A stretch of 64,000 nucleotides of DNA from an uncultured Methanomicrobiaceae archaeon (lineage in GTDB: Archaea > Halobacteriota > Methanomicrobia > Methanomicrobiales > Methanoculleaceae). Position numbers and translations under genes: made by a program. Position 1 is the first letter of the stretch. Every line of letters starts with the position of its first letter. The notes beneath the pieces are model-generated. The model was given only the letters and a program-made list of their open reading frames with translations. It was not told where the DNA came from and did not search any database. Shown here piece after piece: positions 10,448 through 19,528 of the stretch. The DNA is taken from the NCBI GenBank assembly GCA_963826525.1, contig CAWGXH010000004.1:672001-736000 (forward strand), in the 5' to 3' direction.

Positions 10448-11965
10448 TCAGGGGGTAAGCGCCCAGGCAGGCAGTTCGACCGACGGGATCCCGAGCGCCC
10501 ACATGACCACGGTGAAGAGGAAGGACGTCAAGAGCGCGACCCCGATGATATCGAGCACCCATCCCGAGCGCAGGAGGTCGCCTGATCCGAGGTAGCCGCT
10601 CCCGTAGGCGATGGCGTTCGGGGGGGTCGCCACCGGGAGCATAAACGCAAGCGACGAACAGACCGCCGCGGTGATCATCAGCAGGTAAGGGTTCACCCCC
10701 ATACTGACGGCGGTCACCGCCATGATCGGCATCAGGACGGCAGCCATTGCGGTGTTCGATGCGATCTCCGTCGCGAGCGAGACGCCGATAGCCACAATCA
10801 GGACCACGAGGATCAGCGGGAGGCCGTTGAAGAGGGTGAGCCACTTCACGATCTCGGCGGCAAGCCCGCTCTTGATGAACGCATTCGAGAGCGCGATGCC
10901 GCCGCCGAAGAGGATAAGAATACCCCACGGGATCTTCACCGCCCACTTCCAGTCCATCGTGAAGATCCCCTTCTTCGCATTGACGGGGAGGACGAAGAGA
11001 AGGAACGCCCCTGCAATCGCGATGGTGGAGTCGTGGATACCGGGGAAGAGCATATCAAGCCCGGGGATGGTGAAGTCCCCGATATGTTTCGTCGTTTCGA
11101 AGATCCATGCAAGAGCGGTCAGGACGAAGATGATGAGCGTCCATACCTCACCCGTCGACATCGCCCCCATCTTTTCAAGCTCGATCGCGATGACGCCTTT
11201 CGCCTCGGGAAGGGTTTTGGTCATGCCCCGGTACGGGACGTAGGTGAGCCAGAGCCAGGCCAGGATGAGGAATATGGCGGCGAAGGGGACACCGAACTTC
11301 ATCCAGGAGAAGAAGTCGACCGTCGGGGCGTCGGGAAAGAGCGTCTCGACCTGTGCAAGGAAGATGCCGTTCGGCGGTGTCCCGATAAGCGTGGCGATAC
11401 CCCCGATACTCGCCGCATAGGGGATCGAGATGATGAGGCATTTGGCGAGGGAGCCCTGCTCTTCGGTGAGGTTCTCGAGTTTCTTGTTCGTCTCGGGGAT
11501 GATGGTGATAATGATGGCGACGGCGATCGGGATCATCATCATGGCGGTGGCGGTATTCGAGATCCACATCGAGAGGAACGCGGTGGCGACCATGAACCCG
11601 AGGACCAGCCGTTTCGGGCTCGTCCCGACAACCTTGATGATATGCAGGGCCATACGCCGGTGCAATCCCCAACGCTGCATGGACATGGCGATAATGAAGC
11701 CGCCGAGGAAGAGGAAGATGACCTTATCGCCGTACGACGTCGCCGCCTCCGTCGGTGTGAGAACGCCGAGCAGCGGAAAGAGTGCCAGCGGCAAGAGGGC
11801 GGTCGCCTCGAGCGGAATGACGGCGGTGACCCAGAGCAGCACCATCAGGACGGTCACCGCGGTCACGTAACGCGCCTCCACCGGCATCACGGACGGATCG
11901 ATCGGCGCAAAGAGGATTGCAAGAAAGACCAGCAGTGATGCAGCAAGGAGGGCGACTTTGTTCAT
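10448..11965 (-). CDS. SLC13/DASS family Na+:dicarboxylate/sulfate symporter
   Basis: LSMWISNTATAMMM, IGTPPN, SNTA and AFMLPVATPPNAI signatures; start placed at MNKVA. Confidence 0.95.
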   Translation of the reverse strand: MNKVALLAASLLVFLAILFAPIDPSVMPVEARYVTAVTVLMVLLWVTAVIPLEATALLPLALFPLLGVLTPTEAATSYGDKVIFLFLGGFIIAMSMQRWGLHRRMALHIIKVVGTSPKRLVLGFMVATAFLSMWISNTATAMMMIPIAVAIIITIIPETNKKLENLTEEQGSLAKCLIISIPYAASIGGIATLIGTPPNGIFLAQVETLFPDAPTVDFFSWMKFGVPFAAIFLILAWLWLTYVPYRGMTKTLPEAKGVIAIELEKMGAMSTGEVWTLIIFVLTALAWIFETTKHIGDFTIPGLDMLFPGIHDSTIAIAGAFLLFVLPVNAKKGIFTMDWKWAVKIPWGILILFGGGIALSNAFIKSGLAAEIVKWLTLFNGLPLILVVLIVAIGVSLATEIASNTAMAAVLMPIMAVTAVSMGVNPYLLMITAAVCSSLAFMLPVATPPNAIAYGSGYLGSGDLLRSGWVLDIIGVALLTSFLFTVVMWALGIPSVELPAWALTP

Positions 11966-12219
11966 CCGGAAAAACTGGGCTGGTGAATTATTTAAGCATA
12001 CGGAAACGCAGCAGAACCCAGGACCTCGAAAAGAGTGAAGGCTAATCCGTGTTTTCCATGCAAGACGCTCCTCCCGCCCATACTGCGGAGCCGGTCCGTA
12101 TCGCCGATCTCTCTTCGGATCCGAACCTGCGACGCGCTGTCGTCGGCTCTGTCGCTTCACGAGCGAAACTGACCGGGATTCGATGCATATATACAGGTGG
12201 AGAAGTGAATACGTCCATT

Positions 12220-13258
12220 ATGTCTGCAGATACCATACGCAGTATCCCGGCCTTCCTGCCGCGAGCAGGGACAGTGCTGGCCGTGCTTCTTCTCTGCACG
12301 CTCGCTCTCTCCCTCTGCGCCGCCCCGGCCGGAGCCCGCAGTCCGAACATCAACGATATCCAGCCCTACGACACGATCTTCGTCTACGAAGAGAACCTCA
12401 ATCTCTCAGCGCTTCGAAACCAGACGACCAACACCCCGATCACAGCGCTGCGGAAGTACCAGGATGACAACCCTGCCCGGTCGCTCATCAACGACATCGC
12501 CGTTTCCGACGATACGGACTTTACCCTCCAGCCTATCGAGGTCGGAGACATGTATGGCGTCTACTACGCCTTCAGCCCGACCGACGGGGTAACCCGGCAG
12601 ATCCTGATCCGGGAGCCGACGGTCTTCCTCGATGTGGTGCTGGCAAACCCATACCATGCGGATTCGGTTGACGGCCTTACCATCTCCGAGAATACGCCGC
12701 TTGCGTTCAAGATCATCTCGCCTGACGTCGGGTCGTCCTACCACGCCGGCACCACCTACCCAGCGACGGTCGAGCTCGTGATCACCTCGCCCGGCGGCGC
12801 CCAGAGTACCATCATCGGCGGCCGGGATATGAGCAGCATCAACCTCACCGCCTCGCAGGTCTACACCGACGATCCCGGAAACCCGGGGGCGTTCAGCCTC
12901 ACCGGGCTTGAGCAGGGGACCTACTCAGTGCAGGCACGCTGGAACGAGCCGCAGTCCTTCGCCGACTCAGGCAGAGGATTCCGAAACGGTGACCTTCACC
13001 GTCGGAAACCGGGTCGGCATCAATACGGGAACCCCGACGCCGACTGAAACTCCGACGGCCGTTCCGACGACCACGCCCGCTACGCCCGTCCCGACCGTGA
13101 CGACGCCGGCCACTGTCTCCCCGACGACGCCCGCAACCACGGTGACGACCGCCGCCCCGGTGACGACGGAACCGACGCCGACAGCGACCCCGGTCTCGCT
13201 CATCACGGTGATCGGTGCACTCGGCATCGCTGTCGCTTTTGCCGTCAGGCGCCGGTGA
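12220..13258 (+). CDS. DUF3821-like Methanomicrobiales surface protein with Thr-rich stalk and C-terminal anchor (frameshift near 12968)
   Basis: Signal peptide, TIFVYEENLNLS, GTYSVQARW; T/P linker and hydrophobic tail ending RRR in the shifted frame. Confidence 0.75.
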
Positions 13259-13280
13259 AAAAAAACATTTTTAAAAAGAT

Positions 13281-13601
13281 TTACCGGCAGCCGCCGCTCC
13301 CACAGGGGCCGCCCGCTGCACGGTATTCTATCGCGTCGAGCGCCGCGAGCGCCCACTTCCGAACCCCGGGATCGTCGTCGGCCGCGGCGGCGGCGAGCGC
13401 ACCGGTGGTTGCCGGATCGCCGATCAATCCGAGCGTATACACCGCCCACATCCGGAGGCGGGGGTCGCTGTCGGCGAGTACCGGAGCCAGATCTTCGACC
13501 GCCGGGCTTCCCATATCGGCCAGGGCCCACGCCGCGGCCATCCGGTCGGTGCTCGTCCCGTTTCGCAGAACCGCGATCAGGTTTTGGCCATCTTCGGTCA
13601 T
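13281..13601 (-). CDS. HEAT/PBS-lyase repeat protein
   Basis: RMAAAWALADMG-PAV, RMWAVYTLGLIGD and VRKWALAAL repeats. Confidence 0.85.
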   Translation of the reverse strand: MTEDGQNLIAVLRNGTSTDRMAAAWALADMGSPAVEDLAPVLADSDPRLRMWAVYTLGLIGDPATTGALAAAAADDDPGVRKWALAALDAIEYRAAGGPCGSGGCR

Positions 13602-13608
13602 GGAACGC

Positions 13609-13983
13609 TCAGTCGGCCTCGTCGGAACGGATCGTCCTTCCCCTGCCGGGCGAGGTCTCGACGAAGACCTCGTCCATACTCATGTAGATCGGAAAGACCT
13701 CGTGAACCCCGGCAAGCGTGAACACCTTGTAAACGTCGGCGTTCGGTGCACAGAGGGCCATCTCGCCCTCTTCGCGTTTGAGTCCCTTGAACTTGGCCAG
13801 CAATACCCGTAGACCGCTGCTGCTCATGTAGACCGCTTTTTCAAGGTTGACCAGCACCTTCTTCTTTCCCCGCCCGATGACACCCGTCAAGGCTTCGTCA
13901 AGTCCTTCGGCCGACGCGGCATCGATCCTTCCTTCGACCGTGACGATCGTTGCACCGTCCTGCTCACGAATATCCACATCCAT
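13609..13983 (-). CDS. STAS-domain protein (anti-sigma factor antagonist, RsbV/SpoIIAA-like)
   Basis: VEGRIDAASA...VNLEKAVYMSSSGLRVLL...VFTLAG. Confidence 0.92.
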   Translation of the reverse strand: MDVDIREQDGATIVTVEGRIDAASAEGLDEALTGVIGRGKKKVLVNLEKAVYMSSSGLRVLLAKFKGLKREEGEMALCAPNADVYKVFTLAGVHEVFPIYMSMDEVFVETSPGRGRTIRSDEAD

Positions 13984-14186
13984 AACTACCGGATCTCCCC
14001 ACGCGGAAGACGGAAAATCGTCCCCACGATGTATACCATCACGTGTGTGCCGCTGCAATAAAATCGTGTGCCTTCCGGAAGGTACAGCACGCTGCCGCAC
14101 CGCTTCCCCCCAATGAGTTCGGAAATCTTCGAAGTTAAAGAAATATACTTACCTTGAGAGCGATAACGTCTCTTCTGTCGATGCAT

Positions 14187-14696
14187 ATGACGAATCGGAA
14201 CACCATCTACCTGATCACAGGGCTGCTGGTCGCCGGTGCCGTGCTGGCATGCGGCTGCCTCGGTCAGGATGCGGCAAACCAGGAGCAGCAGATCGTCGCG
14301 GCGAACGGAACGATCACCTACGTCGACCTCGAAGGCGGATTCTACGGTATCGTCGCCGAAGACGGCACCAGGTACCTTCCCCTGAACCTCTCCGAAGAGT
14401 ACAGGGTCGACGGTATGAACGTCACCTTCGTGGCCAGTGTTCAGGAGGACACCGTCACCATCCAGCAGTGGGGAACCCCGGTCGAGATCCTCTCGATCGA
14501 GGAGACAGACGCCGTCGCCCCGGCGGAACCGGCCGGAGGGATGATCGGCCTTGCAGACCCGGCTGCGGTCTACTGCCAGGAACAGGGCCATGCCTACGAG
14601 ATCCGGAAGAACCCCGACGGCAGCGAGTATGGTGTCTGTATCCTTGAAAACGGCACCGAAGTGGACGCCTGGGAATTCTACTACCAGAACCACTGA
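14187..14696 (+). CDS. Lipoprotein with C-terminal DUF333 domain
   Basis: Lipobox-like LACGC; GLADPAAVYC...YGVC-L-NG-EVDAWEFY. Confidence 0.85.
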   Translation: MTNRNTIYLITGLLVAGAVLACGCLGQDAANQEQQIVAANGTITYVDLEGGFYGIVAEDGTRYLPLNLSEEYRVDGMNVTFVASVQEDTVTIQQWGTPVEILSIEETDAVAPAEPAGGMIGLADPAAVYCQEQGHAYEIRKNPDGSEYGVCILENGTEVDAWEFYYQNH

Positions 14697-14711
14697 CTTT
14701 TTTAAAAAAAG
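14697..14711. terminator. Bidirectional oligo(T) terminator between convergent genes
   Basis: cttttttaaaaaaag lies directly between the stop codons at 14696 (+) and 14716 (-). Oligo-T is the established archaeal termination signal. Confidence 0.6.
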
Positions 14712-14715
14712 AGAA

Positions 14716-16530
14716 CTAGCGGCCGCCGACGCCGCCCCCACCGAAACCGCCGCCGCCGCCAAAGCCACCGCCGCCGAAGCCGCCACCCCCGCCGCCGCTG
14801 CTTGGCGGAGAGAAGGCGACGATCGGGACGAAGATAAACGGCATCCGCGAGTAGAGCGGCACCCCTGCATCGGGGAGGGAGACGTTCAGGTCGCGCATCG
14901 CCGCTTCCACCTTATCACCGACACCAAGAGCGGTGCCGTAGACCAGCCACTCGCCCCACTGGGAGATGTCGCCCGGAGAGTACTTCCGCATCAGAGCGAG
15001 ATCGGAGAGGAAGTAGGCGAAAGCATCCCACTGCAGTTTCTCCCGGTACCGGTCGTCTTTCCAGTGTCCAAAGAGTGTCGCCGGGAAGAGCGCCGCGATG
15101 CCGACCTGCACGCCCACGATGAAGAAGAGGACGACCGCCGGGATCAGCAGGTACGCGGCTCCCGGTGCTAAGATGAGGTTCAGCAGCGCAAGGCCGCAGG
15201 GGATAGCGCCGAGGAATATAAAAGGAAGCACCAGATCCCTGCCGTCGACGATGTAGCGCCGGGAGATGGTCGCATCGACATCCCTCCGGAGGGCCGAGAG
15301 CGTCTGCTGATAGGTCATGATCCGGTGCTGCGAACCCGGACTCCGCCGGGCGACCTCCGCGAGGTTCTTGAGCTCATCGGTATCCACCACGTGATCGTCG
15401 GCGATATTTCCGAGGAAGTTGAGCACCCGCTGCTCATACCGGTCATCCGAGCTGGTTGTGAGGAGCCGGATGATGACGCCGCCGCCCTGTTTCTCCTCCA
15501 CCCGGATAAGCTCTCGACGGTGCAGATCGAGCAGGGTTGCATAGAGTCCGTTCTCGTCGAAATCGACGGCATCGCCCTTGAAGAGGAGGTTCACCTGCCA
15601 GGGCTTGAGTGCGGGGTCGGGGACGAAGCTCAGGTATTCGGGGACGACGAAGGGCTTCTCCCGCCCATAGCGGTAATAGACGCCGAGAAGGATGAAGGGC
15701 GTCGCCAGTACCAGCGCGAATGCCCCCGCATTCAGAGCGGCGGCCACGGCATACAAAATCCCTGCCCAGCGGTTCGCATCCTCGGTCTGCTGCCGCACGT
15801 TCTCCACGAAGACCGGAAACCCGTCGATCTCTTCCAGGAACACCTTATCCGCAAGGATCTCGACGTTCAGCGGCTCATCCGCCGGGACGCTCCCGGTGAT
15901 GACGATCGAGTTTCCGACACGCTCCTGCCGGAGCGTCGGCGGGTGGAGGAAGACCTCTTCGACGAACATGGCGGGGATGGTGATCCGCACATTCTCGTAG
16001 GGGACATGCTCGTCCACGAGCCGCAGGTTCAGGTGCGCCCAGTCGTCGTCGTCCTCGATCGGGGGATGGACGACGAAACGGTACTCCGAGGGGTACAGAC
16101 CTGCCGGGAAGTAGCCGGGGTCGTAGGCACCGACTTCGTTCTCAAAGGCAAGGTCTCTGATAACCGCTACCTCAGCGGGATCGGCGCTTCCGACTATCCG
16201 TACCTGGCCGGTGTAATCCCTGGCATAGCCGGTCGTCCCTTCGGGCACGGTGAGCCCGAGAAACTCGATATGCGGGCTGTTTATCGGCTCGAATGTAAGG
16301 GGCTCATCCCAGAACCGAAAGAGCATCCTGTACTCGCCCGACTGCCGTACGTCGTAGGCGTAATCCTCGACGAGCGTGCCGTTTGCGGAGAAGGTCGCCT
16401 CGTACTCCTGGATCACGAGGTCGCCCTCGAGGAGCTGAGGGAGAGCACCTGCTCCGACGAACGCCAGCACCCCGATCGCCAGGGTTATCGCAACGAGCGC
16501 TGCGATCTGCTGCTTCTCACTGATTGCCAT
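14716..16530 (-). CDS. DUF2207 family membrane protein
   Basis: ATLLDL, WGEWLVYGTALGV and a Gly-rich GGGFGGG tail; follows lemA, its usual partner. Confidence 0.9.
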   Translation of the reverse strand: MAISEKQQIAALVAITLAIGVLAFVGAGALPQLLEGDLVIQEYEATFSANGTLVEDYAYDVRQSGEYRMLFRFWDEPLTFEPINSPHIEFLGLTVPEGTTGYARDYTGQVRIVGSADPAEVAVIRDLAFENEVGAYDPGYFPAGLYPSEYRFVVHPPIEDDDDWAHLNLRLVDEHVPYENVRITIPAMFVEEVFLHPPTLRQERVGNSIVITGSVPADEPLNVEILADKVFLEEIDGFPVFVENVRQQTEDANRWAGILYAVAAALNAGAFALVLATPFILLGVYYRYGREKPFVVPEYLSFVPDPALKPWQVNLLFKGDAVDFDENGLYATLLDLHRRELIRVEEKQGGGVIIRLLTTSSDDRYEQRVLNFLGNIADDHVVDTDELKNLAEVARRSPGSQHRIMTYQQTLSALRRDVDATISRRYIVDGRDLVLPFIFLGAIPCGLALLNLILAPGAAYLLIPAVVLFFIVGVQVGIAALFPATLFGHWKDDRYREKLQWDAFAYFLSDLALMRKYSPGDISQWGEWLVYGTALGVGDKVEAAMRDLNVSLPDAGVPLYSRMPFIFVPIVAFSPPSSGGGGGGFGGGGFGGGGGFGGGGVGGR

Positions 16531-16536
16531 GGCCGT

Positions 16537-17103
16537 TTAGAACTCTATCTTCGGTGGTCTCTGGATCTCCTCCTCAAACTCAAGATACTGCAGTTTCTGG
16601 AAACCCAGGACGCTTGCGATGAGGTTTGAGGGGATGGTATCGGTCATGGTATTGTACTGCTGCGCGATGTTGTTGTAGGTATACCGCTGGCGTCCGATCT
16701 CGTCTTCGATGCTCCGGACGGAGCCCATCAGGCTCTGCACCGTCTGCGAGGTCTTGAGGTCGGGGTAGTTCTCGGCGACGGCGATGAGCCGGCCGAGGAT
16801 GGACCGGGACTCCCGCTCCACCTCATTAAGGTCGCCGGGGCCTGCAGAGGCTACGCCGCTCCTCATGGCGGTTACCTTCGTGAGTGTCTCTTTCTCGAAG
16901 GCGGCGTAGCTCTTCACCGCCCCAAGAAGCTGCTCGATCATATCGAGCCGCTTCTTCATCGCAACCTTGACCTGCCCGAGGGTCGCCTCTGCAGAATTCT
17001 TGAGGGAGAAGAACCGGTTATAGATGCCCACAAACGACGCGGCAATGACGATGACGATCAGCACCACGACGACAAGAACGATCAGGGACAGAAAGTCAAC
17101 CAC
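16537..17103 (-). CDS. lemA: LemA family protein
   Basis: N-terminal [34 protein letters not shown]. Confidence 0.95.
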   Translation of the reverse strand: MVDFLSLIVLVVVVLIVIVIAASFVGIYNRFFSLKNSAEATLGQVKVAMKKRLDMIEQLLGAVKSYAAFEKETLTKVTAMRSGVASAGPGDLNEVERESRSILGRLIAVAENYPDLKTSQTVQSLMGSVRSIEDEIGRQRYTYNNIAQQYNTMTDTIPSNLIASVLGFQKLQYLEFEEEIQRPPKIEF

Positions 17104-17221
17104 AGATGTTCACCGTACCAATATGGGCTCTCGACCCTATTTAAGGAGTCACCCTGCCGCAGTGATAGCGGTAATGAGAAAAAGCGGGTAATTCAGGGGA
17201 TAATGGGCGCATTCCCCAACG

Positions 17222-18895
17222 CTACTCCCCGACCTCTTCGCCCGAGCTGACCATCGCCACGACCCTTCCGGCAGTGTCGCGGAGCAGGGTGTTGTGCCAC
17301 AGAATCTGCCGCTCGTCGCCACTCGTCGTCAGCACCGGACTTACCTCGGACGATGACGGTTCGGCGTCCCCCGCCATCAGCCGCATGAAGTTGCCGCCGA
17401 GCCGCTCCCGGAGCCGTTCGGGGACGATTGCTGCAAACCAGTCCTTCCCGACGAGCTCCGCTTCGGTATACCCGAGGATCCGGCAGCCCTTCCGGTTCAT
17501 CAGCTCGATCCGGCCGTCGGCACCGATCACGGCGATCATCACCCCCGCAACGTCGAGGTAGCTCTGCGCACGGTCCCGCTGGGCGACGAGGAGATCTTCG
17601 GCGATCTTCCTGTCGGTGACGTCTTCGGCGATACCGAGCATATACTTCGCTTCACCCCGGGAGTCAGAGATCGGCACTTTCTTGACCCGGAGGATCCGCC
17701 CGCTCCCGTTCCCGACCAGGAACGTCTTCTCCAGCAGGCCGTTATTGTCGTTACCGAGGAACAACGCCATATCTTCGGGGAAGATATCTTTCGCGCACTT
17801 TCCGGCCATATCCTCGCTCGTCCTCCCCAGGAGCTCTACGGCGGCGTGATTGAAGAAGACGAACGTCTGCCCTTTGAGTTCTTTGACGAAGACCATACTC
17901 GGGATATTGTTCACGACGGAGTACAGGAACGACTTCCACTTCTTCACCTTCCGGATAGCATGCTGCCGTTCGGTGATATCACGGCAGACGAATCGGTACC
18001 CGGTGAATTCACCGATGATGTCGAAGACCGCCGTTCCGTTGGCCTCGAGGAACACCGGGCGGCCGTCTTTATGGAGCATGGTGCACTCAAAGAGAGTCGA
18101 CGACGGCGTTTCGGCGTTCAGCGACCGGAGCCAGTCCCGTGCCCGTTCCGCGTCACCGGGCGCCATGAAGTCGCATGGGGTCTTCCCGACCATCTCCTCG
18201 GGCGCGTAGCCGAGAAGGTCTCTGCTCTTCGGACTGACGTAGGTGAAGGTGCCGCTCTCGCTCAGGTTCCAGATGAGATCGTTGATGTTCTCGACGAGGG
18301 CGCGAAACATATTCTCGCTCTCCCGGAGCGCCTCCTCTGCCCGTTTCTTCTCGGAGATATCCTCAAGAATGATCGTCACCCCGGGCGAGCCGTCGTTGAA
18401 GACGGTCGGGAGGATCTTGATCCTGAAGAAGAAGATTTCGGTCTGCCGGACAAACCGGAGCTCTTCGACAAAATCCGCCCCATTGAGCGCCTGCGCGATC
18501 CGTGTCCTGATCAGAGGGTGATCGAAGGCGGCAAGCGGGGATCGAGCCATTTCTTTCCCAAGGAGGTCGTCACGGTCAGCACCGGCGAACGAGCAGGCCG
18601 CATCGTTCGCCTGCATTATCCGGGTCTCCCGGTCGATTACCACGACGATATCGGACGAGAAGTTCAGCATGGCAGAGATGGGCACCCGTTGCGAGAGGAA
18701 GAAAACTTTTGCCTTCCCGTAGGTTCTCATCTCCGCCTGACCCGAGATGAGCAGGACGTCAAGGTAGCGGGATACGGTATTTCTATTGACACCAACGGCT
18801 GCGGCGATGTCGGTCACAGACATTCCTCGCGGATTCGCCTTCAGCAGACTGATAATCGGAGGGAGTTCGTCAGAATACGGATCCATGCCGTACAA
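17222..18895 (-). CDS. wHTH-PAS one-component regulator (N-terminal wHTH plus about 4 PAS domains)
   Basis: NPRGMSVTDIA...NRNTVSRYL...GKAKVFFLSQRVP; repeated PAS/PAC ends (EDISEKK, RDITER, EDVTDRK). No kinase domain. Confidence 0.88.
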   Translation of the reverse strand: MYGMDPYSDELPPIISLLKANPRGMSVTDIAAAVGVNRNTVSRYLDVLLISGQAEMRTYGKAKVFFLSQRVPISAMLNFSSDIVVVIDRETRIMQANDAACSFAGADRDDLLGKEMARSPLAAFDHPLIRTRIAQALNGADFVEELRFVRQTEIFFFRIKILPTVFNDGSPGVTIILEDISEKKRAEEALRESENMFRALVENINDLIWNLSESGTFTYVSPKSRDLLGYAPEEMVGKTPCDFMAPGDAERARDWLRSLNAETPSSTLFECTMLHKDGRPVFLEANGTAVFDIIGEFTGYRFVCRDITERQHAIRKVKKWKSFLYSVVNNIPSMVFVKELKGQTFVFFNHAAVELLGRTSEDMAGKCAKDIFPEDMALFLGNDNNGLLEKTFLVGNGSGRILRVKKVPISDSRGEAKYMLGIAEDVTDRKIAEDLLVAQRDRAQSYLDVAGVMIAVIGADGRIELMNRKGCRILGYTEAELVGKDWFAAIVPERLRERLGGNFMRLMAGDAEPSSSEVSPVLTTSGDERQILWHNTLLRDTAGRVVAMVSSGEEVGE

Positions 18896-19528
18896 TCATT
18901 CGTCGCAATGAGTATTAGTGCTTTGTCTGTTGCCATACCATAGCGAGAGCCATAACGAATGCACCAATGCCCCCGTTAATGCAATGCAATAAAGGAAATG
19001 TTTATACGTGTATCGCACCAACACTTGATCCCCAGAGTCAGAAGAGATACGGGGAATCTCTCCGGACGTGCGGCATGGCCGCACGTCTGATCTGGCATGT
19101 TCGGCCGGAGTCGGCACAACTCCGGTCAAACGGACACCATTTACCACCAAACGTCAGGGTTCCCGTATCATCCCCCCGGAACCGAAGGGGGGCAGAGCGG
19201 CCCCACACCTCTCTACCGAAACAAAGCATCCGAAGCACGGAAGGGCGGGCGGCACAACCGCCCTCTTCGTAGCGTCCCATGGTTATCACACACCTCATCA
19301 CCCCCACCCTCGGAGAAAACACATACCGGCGATACGCCGGCAATCCATCTTTTCACTATTCACCCGGGGAGTTACGGAAGGACGACAGCGCCTCGCCCTC
19401 GCATCCTCAGTACCATAGATATATAGTTACCGAAACCAAACGACGGCATCTACCGGACTTTTTAGATATCTTTATACCATGAAAGCCGTAAGTCCTATTT
19501 GTTGACCCCGCCGTCAAAGGGATTTTCT

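Noticed and set aside
13025-13195. ACG/CCG-rich quasi-repeats (also at 7900-7990 and 28315-28385)
   Set aside because: Thr/Pro linkers of surface proteins, not DNA-level repeat elements.
14716-14800. GCC-rich low-complexity repeat
   Set aside because: Encodes the normal Gly-rich tail of DUF2207 proteins.
18896-19528. SRP RNA or RNase P RNA in the long intergenic region
   Set aside because: The conserved SRP helix-8 and RNase P GAGGAAAGUCC-type motifs were not found on either strand.
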